In this document: one piece after another, positions 32,944 through 42,758 of the stretch
How the letters are laid out: each line of letters begins with the position of its first letter
How positions within the stretch are numbered: the stretch's first letter is position 1
NCBI GenBank assembly: GCA_937625935.1
Contig: OW569386.1
Location: 248,001 to 312,000, forward strand
Reading direction: 5' to 3'
DNA from: Tetramitus jugosus
Taxonomy: Eukaryota > Protista > Heterolobosea
Length of the DNA: 64,000 nt
Program-made: the position numbers and the translations under genes
Notes under the pieces: generated by a model
The model's database searches: none
Seen by the model: only the letters and a program-made list of their open reading frames with translations
Told to the model about the DNA's origin: nothing

Positions 32944-34275
32944 ATGAAACGAAAATCCAAAGAGCAAAGAAAGCACAAATCCAAAAACAAATCCAAAAAG
33001 CAGAAGAGAGAACAACTGGTCGTTCCATCTAATGATTCCCCAAAGAGATCAGAAGATTATGAGATTTTGCCTCCAGAAGAAGCAACAGATGTTCGCAAGA
33101 ATATTCTGTCCTTTTTGAATGCAAACGACTACCAACCAAGGAGCCACTACATGAAGGAGTATTTACTATCGGAAAAATTATTTCCCCGGGTTGACTTATT
33201 CCCATCCATTCTCATAAAAGAACAAAGTCGTCGATTGACAGAACCGGTTCTGACCACTGCACATAAGAATGTGACTGTTACAATGTACCAAAAGTGTTTG
33301 AATGAGTTTCTCACTCACTTGAAGAAGGATCGAAGTGACAAGGAAAGGAGAACTCTAAATTTGACAGTGAAGCTCAGTGACACGGAAACCTTGCCCACAA
33401 GGATTCCTTTGACTGATGACTGGAGGATTTCATTCACTGATGATATTAAAACGGAATCTTTGGCACTTGAGTGGCTCGTGGCAAACATTAGTAAATTGGA
33501 TAATGGGTCGAACAATGTGAAGATTGTCGTTCCCATGGTGATTGATGTCTGTGTTGATGTGACCAATGGGAGTGCAAAAGCAGTGTACCTAGTCGATAAG
33601 GGCGATCTATTGCGTGCTCACACAGACTACTTCTTCAAACATGTTCACTTTGATATCCGTTTTCAACTGGCAGGTACATTGGAGTATGAAGAGAGCGACA
33701 ATGTATCTTTTGTCAGATCTGTACTTCAAAGAGCTGTTCGTTTCACTGTTGCACCTGAAACTGCAGCAATTATGAAGGTTTTTGTCGATCATCACCTGGT
33801 AGGCATACCATGGAATCAATTGTCTCAATTTTCAATTGAGATGCCGTTGCTTGATGCGAAAAAAGACGTAAAACTCGTAGCGCGATCCTTTCACAAGTTG
33901 GACACACTGAGCGAGATTCAATTGACAAGATCTGGTATCATACGAGTGCTGTGTGCAGAGTTTGGATCACAAACTAAAGGTCTAAGCTCAGTGCTCAATA
34001 GCTTTAAGAAGCACCGAGTCGAGTTTTACCACAAGAGTGACCAAATAACTTCTAAGATAGTTGAGCGAATTATGCAATGTGCCTCTGTTATTCGACTCGA
34101 GTTTGGAATATCAATGAACATTGATGAAAATGATGCTTATGAGATTGTGTATGAAGAGATCAATGCACTAGAATCATCAATGGAAGATCACGGATTTTCG
34201 GTAGAGTCTAAGATGGAAGAGTCAGCCTCTCTCTACTTTTTATTCCAGTACATTATTGTTCGTGAGGACAGTTAG
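32944..34275 (+). CDS. Hypothetical protein (~443 aa) with Lys-rich N-terminus
   Basis: Long uninterrupted ORF; no family recognised. Confidence 0.65.
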   Translation: MKRKSKEQRKHKSKNKSKKQKREQLVVPSNDSPKRSEDYEILPPEEATDVRKNILSFLNANDYQPRSHYMKEYLLSEKLFPRVDLFPSILIKEQSRRLTEPVLTTAHKNVTVTMYQKCLNEFLTHLKKDRSDKERRTLNLTVKLSDTETLPTRIPLTDDWRISFTDDIKTESLALEWLVANISKLDNGSNNVKIVVPMVIDVCVDVTNGSAKAVYLVDKGDLLRAHTDYFFKHVHFDIRFQLAGTLEYEESDNVSFVRSVLQRAVRFTVAPETAAIMKVFVDHHLVGIPWNQLSQFSIEMPLLDAKKDVKLVARSFHKLDTLSEIQLTRSGIIRVLCAEFGSQTKGLSSVLNSFKKHRVEFYHKSDQITSKIVERIMQCASVIRLEFGISMNIDENDAYEIVYEEINALESSMEDHGFSVESKMEESASLYFLFQYIIVREDS

Positions 34276-34375
34276 AAATATTTAAACTGCCAAATAAATT
34301 ATTCAGGCCATGGTACAGGACACTTCACAGTGCTTCCCGCTCTGTTATCATATTGTGCATTGAACATTCCACCTA

Positions 34376-35638
34376 CTACGTCACTTCTTTGCTTCCAAAT
34401 TTGGTGACCATCTTCTGTAAGACGTCTGTAATGTACCGACTCAAGTAATGGGAGGATGAATAGTTCTTGCAGTCGTCCAATCTGTGATGCAGGAGAAACG
34501 CCCTAGCTAATTTCTTGTGAACCTCCTCAGGATTGACTATAGGGCCACAAAATGGAAGATCATCTAGCCACTGAGGATCCGTCAAGCAACGATTCACCGG
34601 CGTCAAACTACAATTCAGATACTTGTTACAATAGACGGACAAACCATCATTGAGTAACCAAGAAGGAAATTTTGGTTTCACAGGAGGGTTCGGTTGTATC
34701 ATTGCACAAAGAGCTTCAGTTAGTTTGTGCCCCGTACCTGATCCCTTATAAATGTGCAAGATGTGGTTGTTCATGAGGTCCTCATCCAACAATGAAGAAA
34801 ATTCTTGAGCAACAGCAATGAGAGGCATCAAGTCCCTTATAAACAACACGTCAGCATCGATCCAAACACCTCCCAATCGGTTGAGTAACATGACACGAAC
34901 TGCATCGCTCTCAAACTCTGCAGTCGTCCTGCTCATGAGATTATCATACAATGTATTGTTCTCCATGCATGTTCCTCTCATTAACTCACTCTTGTCGAGC
35001 ACTTGAAATTCAACATTTTTCGGAAACCGACTCCGTAACATTCCCATCTCCGCCAACGGACTTAAAGTTGACTCCTCACTACTGCCGTCATTCAAGTTTT
35101 TCGACTCTTCTTGCAAGGAAGGTTCAATTGAACTTGGCGACCACACAATCATTTTGGATAGAGATAATTGTTGAGTCACAAGATAGGACTTGATCAACAA
35201 TGGAAGCATCCAATGAACATTTCCCTTCCAATACACGTGAAAGAGTAATGGATTCGATGCACTATAAGGATAGTTCACTCGTTGACAGTGTTGGTTCTTG
35301 TTTTCAAAGTCACAGTCGATGATTGTGCATCGAGTCAATTGTTCTTCTTGTCCTTGTTGTTGTGGGAATACCTTGTCAAAAGTAAGTGTTGTTGGTGTTG
35401 TGGTGGGGGTCACTTCGCCTTGAACATCATGAGAGATGGATTCATCAGAGGGAACCAACTCGACCTCTGTAGAAGTTGGAACAGTACGATTGTCGATATA
35501 TGAACGACTCTGTTTTTCAATCCAACCTCGGTCGGTCGCCCGCGAGAGGTTGTGCAGCCACGAGAGATAGAGGGTTCCCAGGTAACACAGTGAGACAAAT
35601 AAACCAATAACCAATAGTTTCAACGTTGCACGACGCAT
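34376..35638 (-). CDS. Glycosyltransferase, GT32-like (DxD), type II membrane
   Basis: N-terminal TM; 'FHVYW', 'LIKSYLVTQ' and 'SDAVRVMLLNRLGGVWIDADVLFIRD'. Confidence 0.85.
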   Translation of the reverse strand: MRRATLKLLVIGLFVSLCYLGTLYLSWLHNLSRATDRGWIEKQSRSYIDNRTVPTSTEVELVPSDESISHDVQGEVTPTTTPTTLTFDKVFPQQQGQEEQLTRCTIIDCDFENKNQHCQRVNYPYSASNPLLFHVYWKGNVHWMLPLLIKSYLVTQQLSLSKMIVWSPSSIEPSLQEESKNLNDGSSEESTLSPLAEMGMLRSRFPKNVEFQVLDKSELMRGTCMENNTLYDNLMSRTTAEFESDAVRVMLLNRLGGVWIDADVLFIRDLMPLIAVAQEFSSLLDEDLMNNHILHIYKGSGTGHKLTEALCAMIQPNPPVKPKFPSWLLNDGLSVYCNKYLNCSLTPVNRCLTDPQWLDDLPFCGPIVNPEEVHKKLARAFLLHHRLDDCKNYSSSHYLSRYITDVLQKMVTKFGSKEVT

Positions 35639-35887
35639 TAGAGCTCTTTCTTTTTATAATTGGTGAACTTTCACACACAAATACACAATTTCATGTTTCA
35701 TAAAAAGGACGTCTCTTTTCTTGGAACGAGTTGAAGGAGCTCCTTTTCAACCTGGTTGACTAGAGAGGGACTGCGCACAACAAACACCAAAAAAAAAGAC
35801 ATTCTCATTTGATTCAATCAATCTAGCATCAACAAATTTATTACAATGAGATATCATTGTTGTTTCTTCTCAGAGACTACTCATCGT

Positions 35888-36481
35888 TCATTGCTTCAAG
35901 TTTTGTTCAGCAAATTGCCAGTTGACAACCTTCCACCAGCTCTCCAAGTAGTCTGGTCTTCTGTTTTGATAGTCCAAGTAGTAAGCGTGCTCCCAGACAT
36001 CACAAGTCAACAATGGAACTTGATTTGGTTCAGTCAATGGACAACCAGCGTCATGAGTGGCAACAACAGACAAATTGTTGTTGTCATCTCTGACTAACCA
36101 TGCCCAACCACTTCCAAAATGGTTAGCAGCAACATCATTGAACTGTTGCTTAAACTTGTCAAATGAACCAAAGGAGTGATCAATGGCCTCTCCAATTTTT
36201 CCGCTTGGAACTCCGCCAGCATTTGGCGCCATGCTCTTCCAGTAAAAGGTGTGATTCCAGATTTGAGCAGCCAAGTTGAATACCTTGCCAGACTTTTCTT
36301 GCTTGATCAATTCTTCAATGGTCTTGGAAGCAACTTCCTTGTCTTGCTTGGCAATGTCATTGAGCTTGTTCAAATAACCCTTGTGATGCTTCTCGTAGTG
36401 GAATTCGAGGGTGTTGGCAGAGACATTAGGCTCAAGAGCGTTCTTTGGGTATGGTAAGTCTTCAATGGTAAAAGTGGCCAT
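35888..36481 (-). CDS. sodB: Iron superoxide dismutase
   Basis: LEFHYEKHHKGY, FNLAAQIWNHTFYW, FGSGWAWL and DVWEHAYYLDY; the AAQ signature indicates the Fe type. Confidence 0.95.
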   Translation of the reverse strand: MATFTIEDLPYPKNALEPNVSANTLEFHYEKHHKGYLNKLNDIAKQDKEVASKTIEELIKQEKSGKVFNLAAQIWNHTFYWKSMAPNAGGVPSGKIGEAIDHSFGSFDKFKQQFNDVAANHFGSGWAWLVRDDNNNLSVVATHDAGCPLTEPNQVPLLTCDVWEHAYYLDYQNRRPDYLESWWKVVNWQFAEQNLKQ

Positions 36482-36702
36482 GTTTGATTCGTTGTTGTAC
36501 AAAGGGTATGTGTGTGGTGTTGTTGTTTGCTTTTTTTTCTGAATGGCGAGGGGATCCAAAGAATTTTTCTTGTGTGGGTGATCGCGCTCGATCGTAGCAA
36601 TGCGATCAAAATGTTAAAAATAGTGAGATCATCTGTCTTCGTTTGCTCCGCAAATCTCCGCAATTAGACGTTCATACTGTAAATATCGGACAACAAATAT
36701 CC

Positions 36703-36773
36703 GCTGCTTTAGTATAGTGGTAGTACACGGGATTGTGGCTCCCGCAACACCGGTTCGATTCCGGTAGGCGGCA
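36703..36773 (+). tRNA. tRNA-His (anticodon GTG), copy 2
   Basis: Identical 71-nt sequence to 32814..32884 with different flanks. Confidence 0.96.
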
Positions 36774-36845
36774 AAGGTTTAGCATTTTTGAACATTGTGG
36801 CCAAAAAATTTCGTCTGTGTTCGGAAGCAATTCGATGGAATATAT

Positions 36846-39800
36846 TTATTTTGATTCAATCCTTAGAATGCCATTTGACCAGTTGTAAAGATTGCCAGCT
36901 AAGAACTCCTCACATTGCTCAATCTTACGTCTCACTAGTGAATCTCTCTCCTCTTCCGGTATCATGGATAAAATTCTTCTAGCTTCTGCAAACTGAGAGT
37001 CAATATAGAGATCAAAAGCGTGTTCGTAAGTGTTTAACAAGTTGGCCTCGTCCAATGACAGCTCGTCAGTTTGTTTCATTAACTCATAGATCAACACAGA
37101 TTGCTCCTTTCCCTTGACCTGCGCATTCTCCACTCTCCTTGTTATGAAGGAGTGAGGGATTTTCCTTACAGTATGCTCAGATATCAGAATCACTGTTCCA
37201 TAGGACTTGTTCAAGGTTTCGAGCCTACTGGCCAAGTTGACATGATCACCGAGAAGAGTGTAATTGAATCTACTCTTGGACCCAAAGTTTCCAATGAGAA
37301 CGTTTCCAGAGTTAACACCAATACGACACTCCATTGCCGGCAACCCTCTCTCGACAAATGACTTGGAAAGATTGTCCATGGTTTCTTTGCAAGCGAGTGC
37401 ACTCCTACATGCCCTTTCTTCATGTCCAGCAGAGTGCCAATAGGCCATGATACAATCACCAATGTATTTATCAATGATTCCTTGATATTCTTGTGATTGT
37501 ATAACAGATGATAAACTTTCAAATATCTCTCCAATCATGTCAACCAAAACCTTTGCATCCATTTCCTCACTAAACTTTGTAAAGTCCTTCAAATCAAGGA
37601 ACATGATGGAACAACTCTTTGGTTTTAATCCGAGAGAGGCTTCTTTTCCCTCATGAACTAATCGATACACAACGTATGATGGAACATACTTCTGGAAAGA
37701 TTTCAGTGTGTACAGCATGGACCGGAAACTGCTCAACAATTCAGCCGGTTCATACCAGACATAGCGACCTTTCAGTGTCTTTGTTATAACCGGAGCATCC
37801 AAGTCCATTCTTCTTACTTGTTTGAAGCAATCCTTGATACGATTGATACTTCGAGTGACAGGTATGCTCAGACACAGAGCAATCAACACGCTACCCAATA
37901 GTACACCTAGAGCAATGCCGACATTGACTTTTGTGATTTGGTTGATACGATCCGTCCATTCATTCTCAGGCCATACTACATAGACAAACCATTTGCGATT
38001 GGGGAAGGAGATGCTGACCTTGGATACCAACAACTCACCGCGACGATGGCTCTTGTATCGAAGAGTGGTCAAATTTTCAATCGCTTTCCATCCGCCATAG
38101 TGATTCATAATTGCATGCTCAAACTCGATCAACTCGGTGTGATTCGTTCGAGAAATAGGCATGTAATCACCACCACGATCCAATGTGTGATGTGGCATTG
38201 AATAGTTTAGAGTACAACCGACAAAAGAACCCTCAGCAGTTGTCACCAGAATGTAACCTGATGAGTTTAATTGGCTTTTCAATATAGTTTCTAACTTTAG
38301 GATGTTGTACACAGATGTTAGTACAGCATACTGTTGACCATTGCTATCAAACAATTTCTTGGAGAAGCAAAAGACGTTGGAGGGACCAACAGATATGGTG
38401 AATACATTGGACAGAATGTAATCATTAGGATCTCCCTTGTACTCCATTGCTTGTTGCCAAAAGTTGTCTTCATTTACCTTGGCATTCCAGTTTGGAATCT
38501 TTCCTGTCAGATAAGGAACAGTGGCCGTATTGTTTTTATACACGAACACATCAGCAGTATAATTGTTCTTACTGGCAGAGGTGTAAAGAACGTAACCAAA
38601 GGGACGAAAATCTGCATAAATAATGGATGAACCATCATCGAAAATGATCAAATTCTGTAGGGCGTCCTGATCCACTTCTAGAGCTGACCGAAACAGGTCA
38701 ATCACAGAGTCCTCCACCTCTTGAACATCAAATATATCCTTCAAATAATTCCATCGCCGACCAAACATTTGTATACTTAGTTCCATGCTCCTCGTTGATA
38801 TGTGAAACATTTCTTGAATATTATGATCAGAATTGAGAGCTAACGTTTCTCTGTGACTCGCACCCATGTCCAACACAATGGCATGCGAAGTGGCTAGACT
38901 CGATGCCAAAACAGACGCCACCGCCACCACCAATGACAATATGATAATGACAGTAATGGCCACATTGATGGAAAATATGCGATGCAAGCAGTGGAGAACA
39001 GTGGAACGACAGGAACGAAACCGAGAGCTAACATAGGTGGCAGTCAGAGAAGTATCACTCAACGTCTCTGCCAAGAAATTATCGATACTGGATGGAAGTG
39101 CAGGAATGATATGATTCTTGTGATAGATGGGTGCAGCACCATCATGTGCAGCTGAAGAAGCACTATACATGTTTGTTTCTTCATTCTTTGGCACCGTGTT
39201 CATATAGATACTGTTACTATCTAACGAGTGTTGTTGTTGTTGTTGTTGATGATGATGATGGTTGGGTATTGAATAAGGGTCGCTTGTTCGATTGGGAGCT
39301 GTTGCTTCTGTTTGCACATCATGATGACTAGTATTGTTGTTGTTATTGTTATTCACAGCTGCAGAGGAAGCAATTGTGTAATAGTGAGGCGATAATATTG
39401 AAGTGTCATTCAATTCGATATCGATATCGTTATCAATGATGTTTCTTTGATTAATATAGTAATCACCAGGGCCAGCACCAATGTTGAGACTAGAGGATTG
39501 GAGTGGACTGTGAGGACTAGAGTTGTTACTAGTATTGTTATTATTATTATTATTGTTGTTATGCATGAGATCAACATCAGGTAGAGCATTGTTCGGAGAG
39601 GACCTTGTCAGTTGAGTCCAAATGTCATTACCACCACAACTTGATGTTCCCTGATTGGATTGAATATCAATGGAATGAGACGATGTAAGGTTATGACTGT
39701 CATTCACCTTGTAATTGTTATTAATATTGTTGCTGTTGTTATTGCTGTTGTTCTTGTTGTTATTGTTGGTGATCGTAGTGGGCATTATTGGTGTTGGTGT

Positions 39801-39860
39801 TGCAGGTGAGGAAGAAACAGAGATATGGCCGTCAAGTGGTTCGCTTCTACTGTTCGTCAT
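36846..39860 (-). CDS. Transmembrane class III adenylate cyclase with extracellular Cache-like sensor
   Basis: Asn/His-rich N-terminus; two TM helices flanking a sensor region; FLDLKDFT, DKYIGDCIMAYW, RIGVNSG and YTLLGDHVNLASRLE; VKGK. Confidence 0.9.
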   Translation of the reverse strand: MTNSRSEPLDGHISVSSSPATPTPIMPTTITNNNNKNNSNNNSNNINNNYKVNDSHNLTSSHSIDIQSNQGTSSCGGNDIWTQLTRSSPNNALPDVDLMHNNNNNNNNNTSNNSSPHSPLQSSSLNIGAGPGDYYINQRNIIDNDIDIELNDTSILSPHYYTIASSAAVNNNNNNNTSHHDVQTEATAPNRTSDPYSIPNHHHHQQQQQQHSLDSNSIYMNTVPKNEETNMYSASSAAHDGAAPIYHKNHIIPALPSSIDNFLAETLSDTSLTATYVSSRFRSCRSTVLHCLHRIFSINVAITVIIILSLVVAVASVLASSLATSHAIVLDMGASHRETLALNSDHNIQEMFHISTRSMELSIQMFGRRWNYLKDIFDVQEVEDSVIDLFRSALEVDQDALQNLIIFDDGSSIIYADFRPFGYVLYTSASKNNYTADVFVYKNNTATVPYLTGKIPNWNAKVNEDNFWQQAMEYKGDPNDYILSNVFTISVGPSNVFCFSKKLFDSNGQQYAVLTSVYNILKLETILKSQLNSSGYILVTTAEGSFVGCTLNYSMPHHTLDRGGDYMPISRTNHTELIEFEHAIMNHYGGWKAIENLTTLRYKSHRRGELLVSKVSISFPNRKWFVYVVWPENEWTDRINQITKVNVGIALGVLLGSVLIALCLSIPVTRSINRIKDCFKQVRRMDLDAPVITKTLKGRYVWYEPAELLSSFRSMLYTLKSFQKYVPSYVVYRLVHEGKEASLGLKPKSCSIMFLDLKDFTKFSEEMDAKVLVDMIGEIFESLSSVIQSQEYQGIIDKYIGDCIMAYWHSAGHEERACRSALACKETMDNLSKSFVERGLPAMECRIGVNSGNVLIGNFGSKSRFNYTLLGDHVNLASRLETLNKSYGTVILISEHTVRKIPHSFITRRVENAQVKGKEQSVLIYELMKQTDELSLDEANLLNTYEHAFDLYIDSQFAEARRILSMIPEEERDSLVRRKIEQCEEFLAGNLYNWSNGILRIESK

Positions 39861-40830
39861 CGATGTTCACTAGTTGTTGTAGTTGTTCAGAGAGACTGCA
39901 GTTTGGTCTTCTGAGGTTGAATTCTGCTTGTTATTGTTGTTGTTATTGTTGTTTGTTGGTGTTGGATGACTGGGTCTGAACACACGATTGAATCAAACGG
40001 TGTGGGGATTGATGGTGATGATGAATAGTGCGCACTGGTTTTGTGATGAGATGAGTGGGTGGGCGGGTGAGTGGTACCTCAAACGAAACTTTGAATGAAA
40101 CTATGGGTTGACCCTGGTTAGGTCTTGAGCACAAGAGCAAATTGCTTCTGCAGGCAAAAGTAGGATCATACATGGTGAATCGAATCATTGCTTCCTTCCT
40201 TCTTCTGTCTCTCATCGGCCAGAAGGCTGCCTGGAATAGTTGTGTGTTTGGCCACGGGGAATCTCTGATATACCCAGTTATGTACAAAATCGTATTTGCT
40301 CCAAAAAAGGAAAACAAATGACCGAAAGACAACGCAAAGAGTCACGAACAGAATCTGGTTGGTGCGCCCGAAATCCAGCGACGCAACCTAATTGCTGATA
40401 ACCCAGGTATCTCTTGCTAATATTAGTTGGCAAGAGCGAATGTTCCACTTGATGAAGCAGTGCCATGGCACTAAAGGTTGTTTCCTTTCAACTAATACGG
40501 TCCAGGAGTACCGCTTACCAGAATAAATACGAGTTTAGTTAGAGATCTTGGACTTGGAATCCTCTAATGGCCTTGTTCGTCCAATCGCATCGTACTTGCA
40601 TCTACCGTTCGCCTCCTCTGCTGTCATTCATGGCTTATCGAAGGGCTTTCAATAGATCAGGGGTGATCGTGAGCAGTTTGATGTGAAAATACAACTCCTT
40701 CAAGGATGAGCGAACAAACAATTGTTGGATTCCTTTTTATGAGGAAAAGCTTTTGATGAGATTTTCTCCGTCATCAAATCTTGCAATGTTCAACCAACTC
40801 AGAACAAAAGACAATTAGCATTTGAAGAAC

Positions 40831-41766
40831 ATGAGCAATCTCTCTTCTTTTTATCGGCAATTGGTCATCAATGCATTTTCCACGGCCGCTTCCACTGTTG
40901 TGATTCACTCGTGGGACACTGCAAAAAACAGAGTCATCTGTGGCGACACTGGATCCAATCTTTTGAGTGGTTTACTGGTTGCAGTTGACGATGAAGCCAT
41001 CTTGTATCATGTGCTCCATAATGTCAGTCGAACTCTTCTCGAAATCACGCTGTATCGAGGCATCGATTACGCGGTAACCAAAATTTTATCCGTCGTTTAC
41101 AATGACGATCAGCGGGATGCACAAAAGGCGCCAAGCACGTTTTTTACAATTGTGAGGAGATGTTTGGTTTCGGTGGCAAGTGGTGCAATTGCCACGTGCA
41201 TCACGCATCCATTGGACTTTTTCAAGCTACAGCACTCTGTGTCACGTGTGAGTGATACAGTGTGGCGTGGTGAAGGACTATCTATCCGCAAAGTCTGGTC
41301 CCATGTGTGCTCTGCGTACTCTCATGGTTTGTCAGTGAGTGTAAAGCACTATTCAATGTGTGTGGCGTTGTCTGTGCTCTCCTATGATTGCCTATCATTG
41401 TTTGTTCGTCACGAGGGAGACAGAGCTGCCTCTAATCACAGAAATACTCTCTACTCTCCATTCATGGAACAGAGGCACAAACATCAACAAAGATTACGAG
41501 AGAGAAATAGGTACGTCTATACAAGTGTTCTATTGGTGATATCCAAGTTGATTCCAGAGTATTTGCTATTCCCTCTGGAAGTCAAAAAGATTCAACAGAT
41601 GAGCAAACAGGACACTACAATCTCATCATGGCTAATCCCGCGCAAAACTGTTACAAAAAGTGAGAACAAGCGAGGTCTCCTTTACTCTGTCATCTCCAAC
41701 CTCATTGCAGTGCCTGTTCACTTTGCCTTTTATTCACTGCTGAACAACAATCTGCCTCTCTTATAG
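40831..41766 (+). CDS. Divergent mitochondrial carrier-family protein
   Basis: Three degenerate signatures HSWDTAKNR, HPLDFFKLQ and FPLEVKKIQ, each after a hydrophobic helix. Confidence 0.65.
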   Translation: MSNLSSFYRQLVINAFSTAASTVVIHSWDTAKNRVICGDTGSNLLSGLLVAVDDEAILYHVLHNVSRTLLEITLYRGIDYAVTKILSVVYNDDQRDAQKAPSTFFTIVRRCLVSVASGAIATCITHPLDFFKLQHSVSRVSDTVWRGEGLSIRKVWSHVCSAYSHGLSVSVKHYSMCVALSVLSYDCLSLFVRHEGDRAASNHRNTLYSPFMEQRHKHQQRLRERNRYVYTSVLLVISKLIPEYLLFPLEVKKIQQMSKQDTTISSWLIPRKTVTKSENKRGLLYSVISNLIAVPVHFAFYSLLNNNLPLL

Positions 41767-42067
41767 AACATGCCTTCATTTGTTGCTACTTATTCTGTAT
41801 CTTCTTCCTTATTGTCCTTCTATGTATCTTCCTATCTTTTCACACAAGGGTCCATTTCCAAAAAGGGCAGTCCGTAATTTGCCGTTAACCGACAAAGTTG
41901 CTCGGAATGGATAACCTTTCGCCCGTGTGAGAAGTATCTACGGGTCAATTGGTGGACCATGACCTTTCACTCACCTCTGATGATTTCTACAGTCAAACAA
42001 AACCATCCAAACAAGTAACAAGTAGTACACTACCGTTCTGAACAGCTATATCAAGAAGAAGAAGAAG

Positions 42068-42580
42068 ATGACCAGTTTGCTCATGCCTCGTACTAACGAC
42101 AGCTCTCCTAGTGAGCCTATTTCACTTTCTCAAGAACAAATTCAACTCCTCGAGAGTCATGGCGTCTTAACCAACAACTTCTGTGAACGTTCCACTCTCA
42201 CTACTTCCAAGAACAGAAGAACAAATCAGGTACAATCGACTTTGGGTGGTGTGAAACCGTGCTACGACGTGATCCATCGTAAGTGCAATCATATCCACAA
42301 AGATTTTTCACACGAGGATACTGAAGAGAGCGAGGATGAAGAAGCCTCTGATGACAAACTAATGGGCTCACTCTACCGGACATGTCCTTTGACGTCTTGT
42401 TTTCCATTAAGTGCTCAACCAAAGCCATGTCAGCACCGTCGTCCAAAATCCAGGATGGAGAAGACATCGTACGCTGATCATACCATTGCACTTGATCGGT
42501 TAAACAAGAGATTGATAGCCAGTGGATCGAAGAGTTCTCTGGGAATACTTCAGACCCCAAAACTTAGCACAAGACGATAA
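42068..42580 (+). CDS. Hypothetical protein (170 aa), Cys/His clusters and an acidic patch
   Basis: ATG after a typical leader; no family recognised. Confidence 0.5.
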   Translation: MTSLLMPRTNDSSPSEPISLSQEQIQLLESHGVLTNNFCERSTLTTSKNRRTNQVQSTLGGVKPCYDVIHRKCNHIHKDFSHEDTEESEDEEASDDKLMGSLYRTCPLTSCFPLSAQPKPCQHRRPKSRMEKTSYADHTIALDRLNKRLIASGSKSSLGILQTPKLSTRR

Positions 42581-42758
42581 CACTTGATTCATTAGAGATA
42601 TACCGGTGGGAACTAACGTTTCCTTATTTCGTCCAAGACAGGACACATTTAAACAACTTATTTGATCATTTCTAAGCAATGTCGTCAATCTGACAACCAA
42701 TTGCCCCGCACAATAAAAGACAACACAGTTAGATGTACAACAAGGCTTAGTTATTTAT

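Noticed and set aside
32814-36773. Integrated element bounded by direct-repeat tRNA-His copies
   Set aside because: Both copies are complete genes, no integrase is present, and the enclosed genes (orphan, GT32, Fe-SOD) look like ordinary host genes; dispersed identical tRNAs are normal.
39200-39780. AAT/AAC/CAT microsatellite-like tracts (also 16530-16700 and 47790-48240)
   Set aside because: They encode poly-Asn/Gln/His/Ser low-complexity segments inside genes and are not separate elements.
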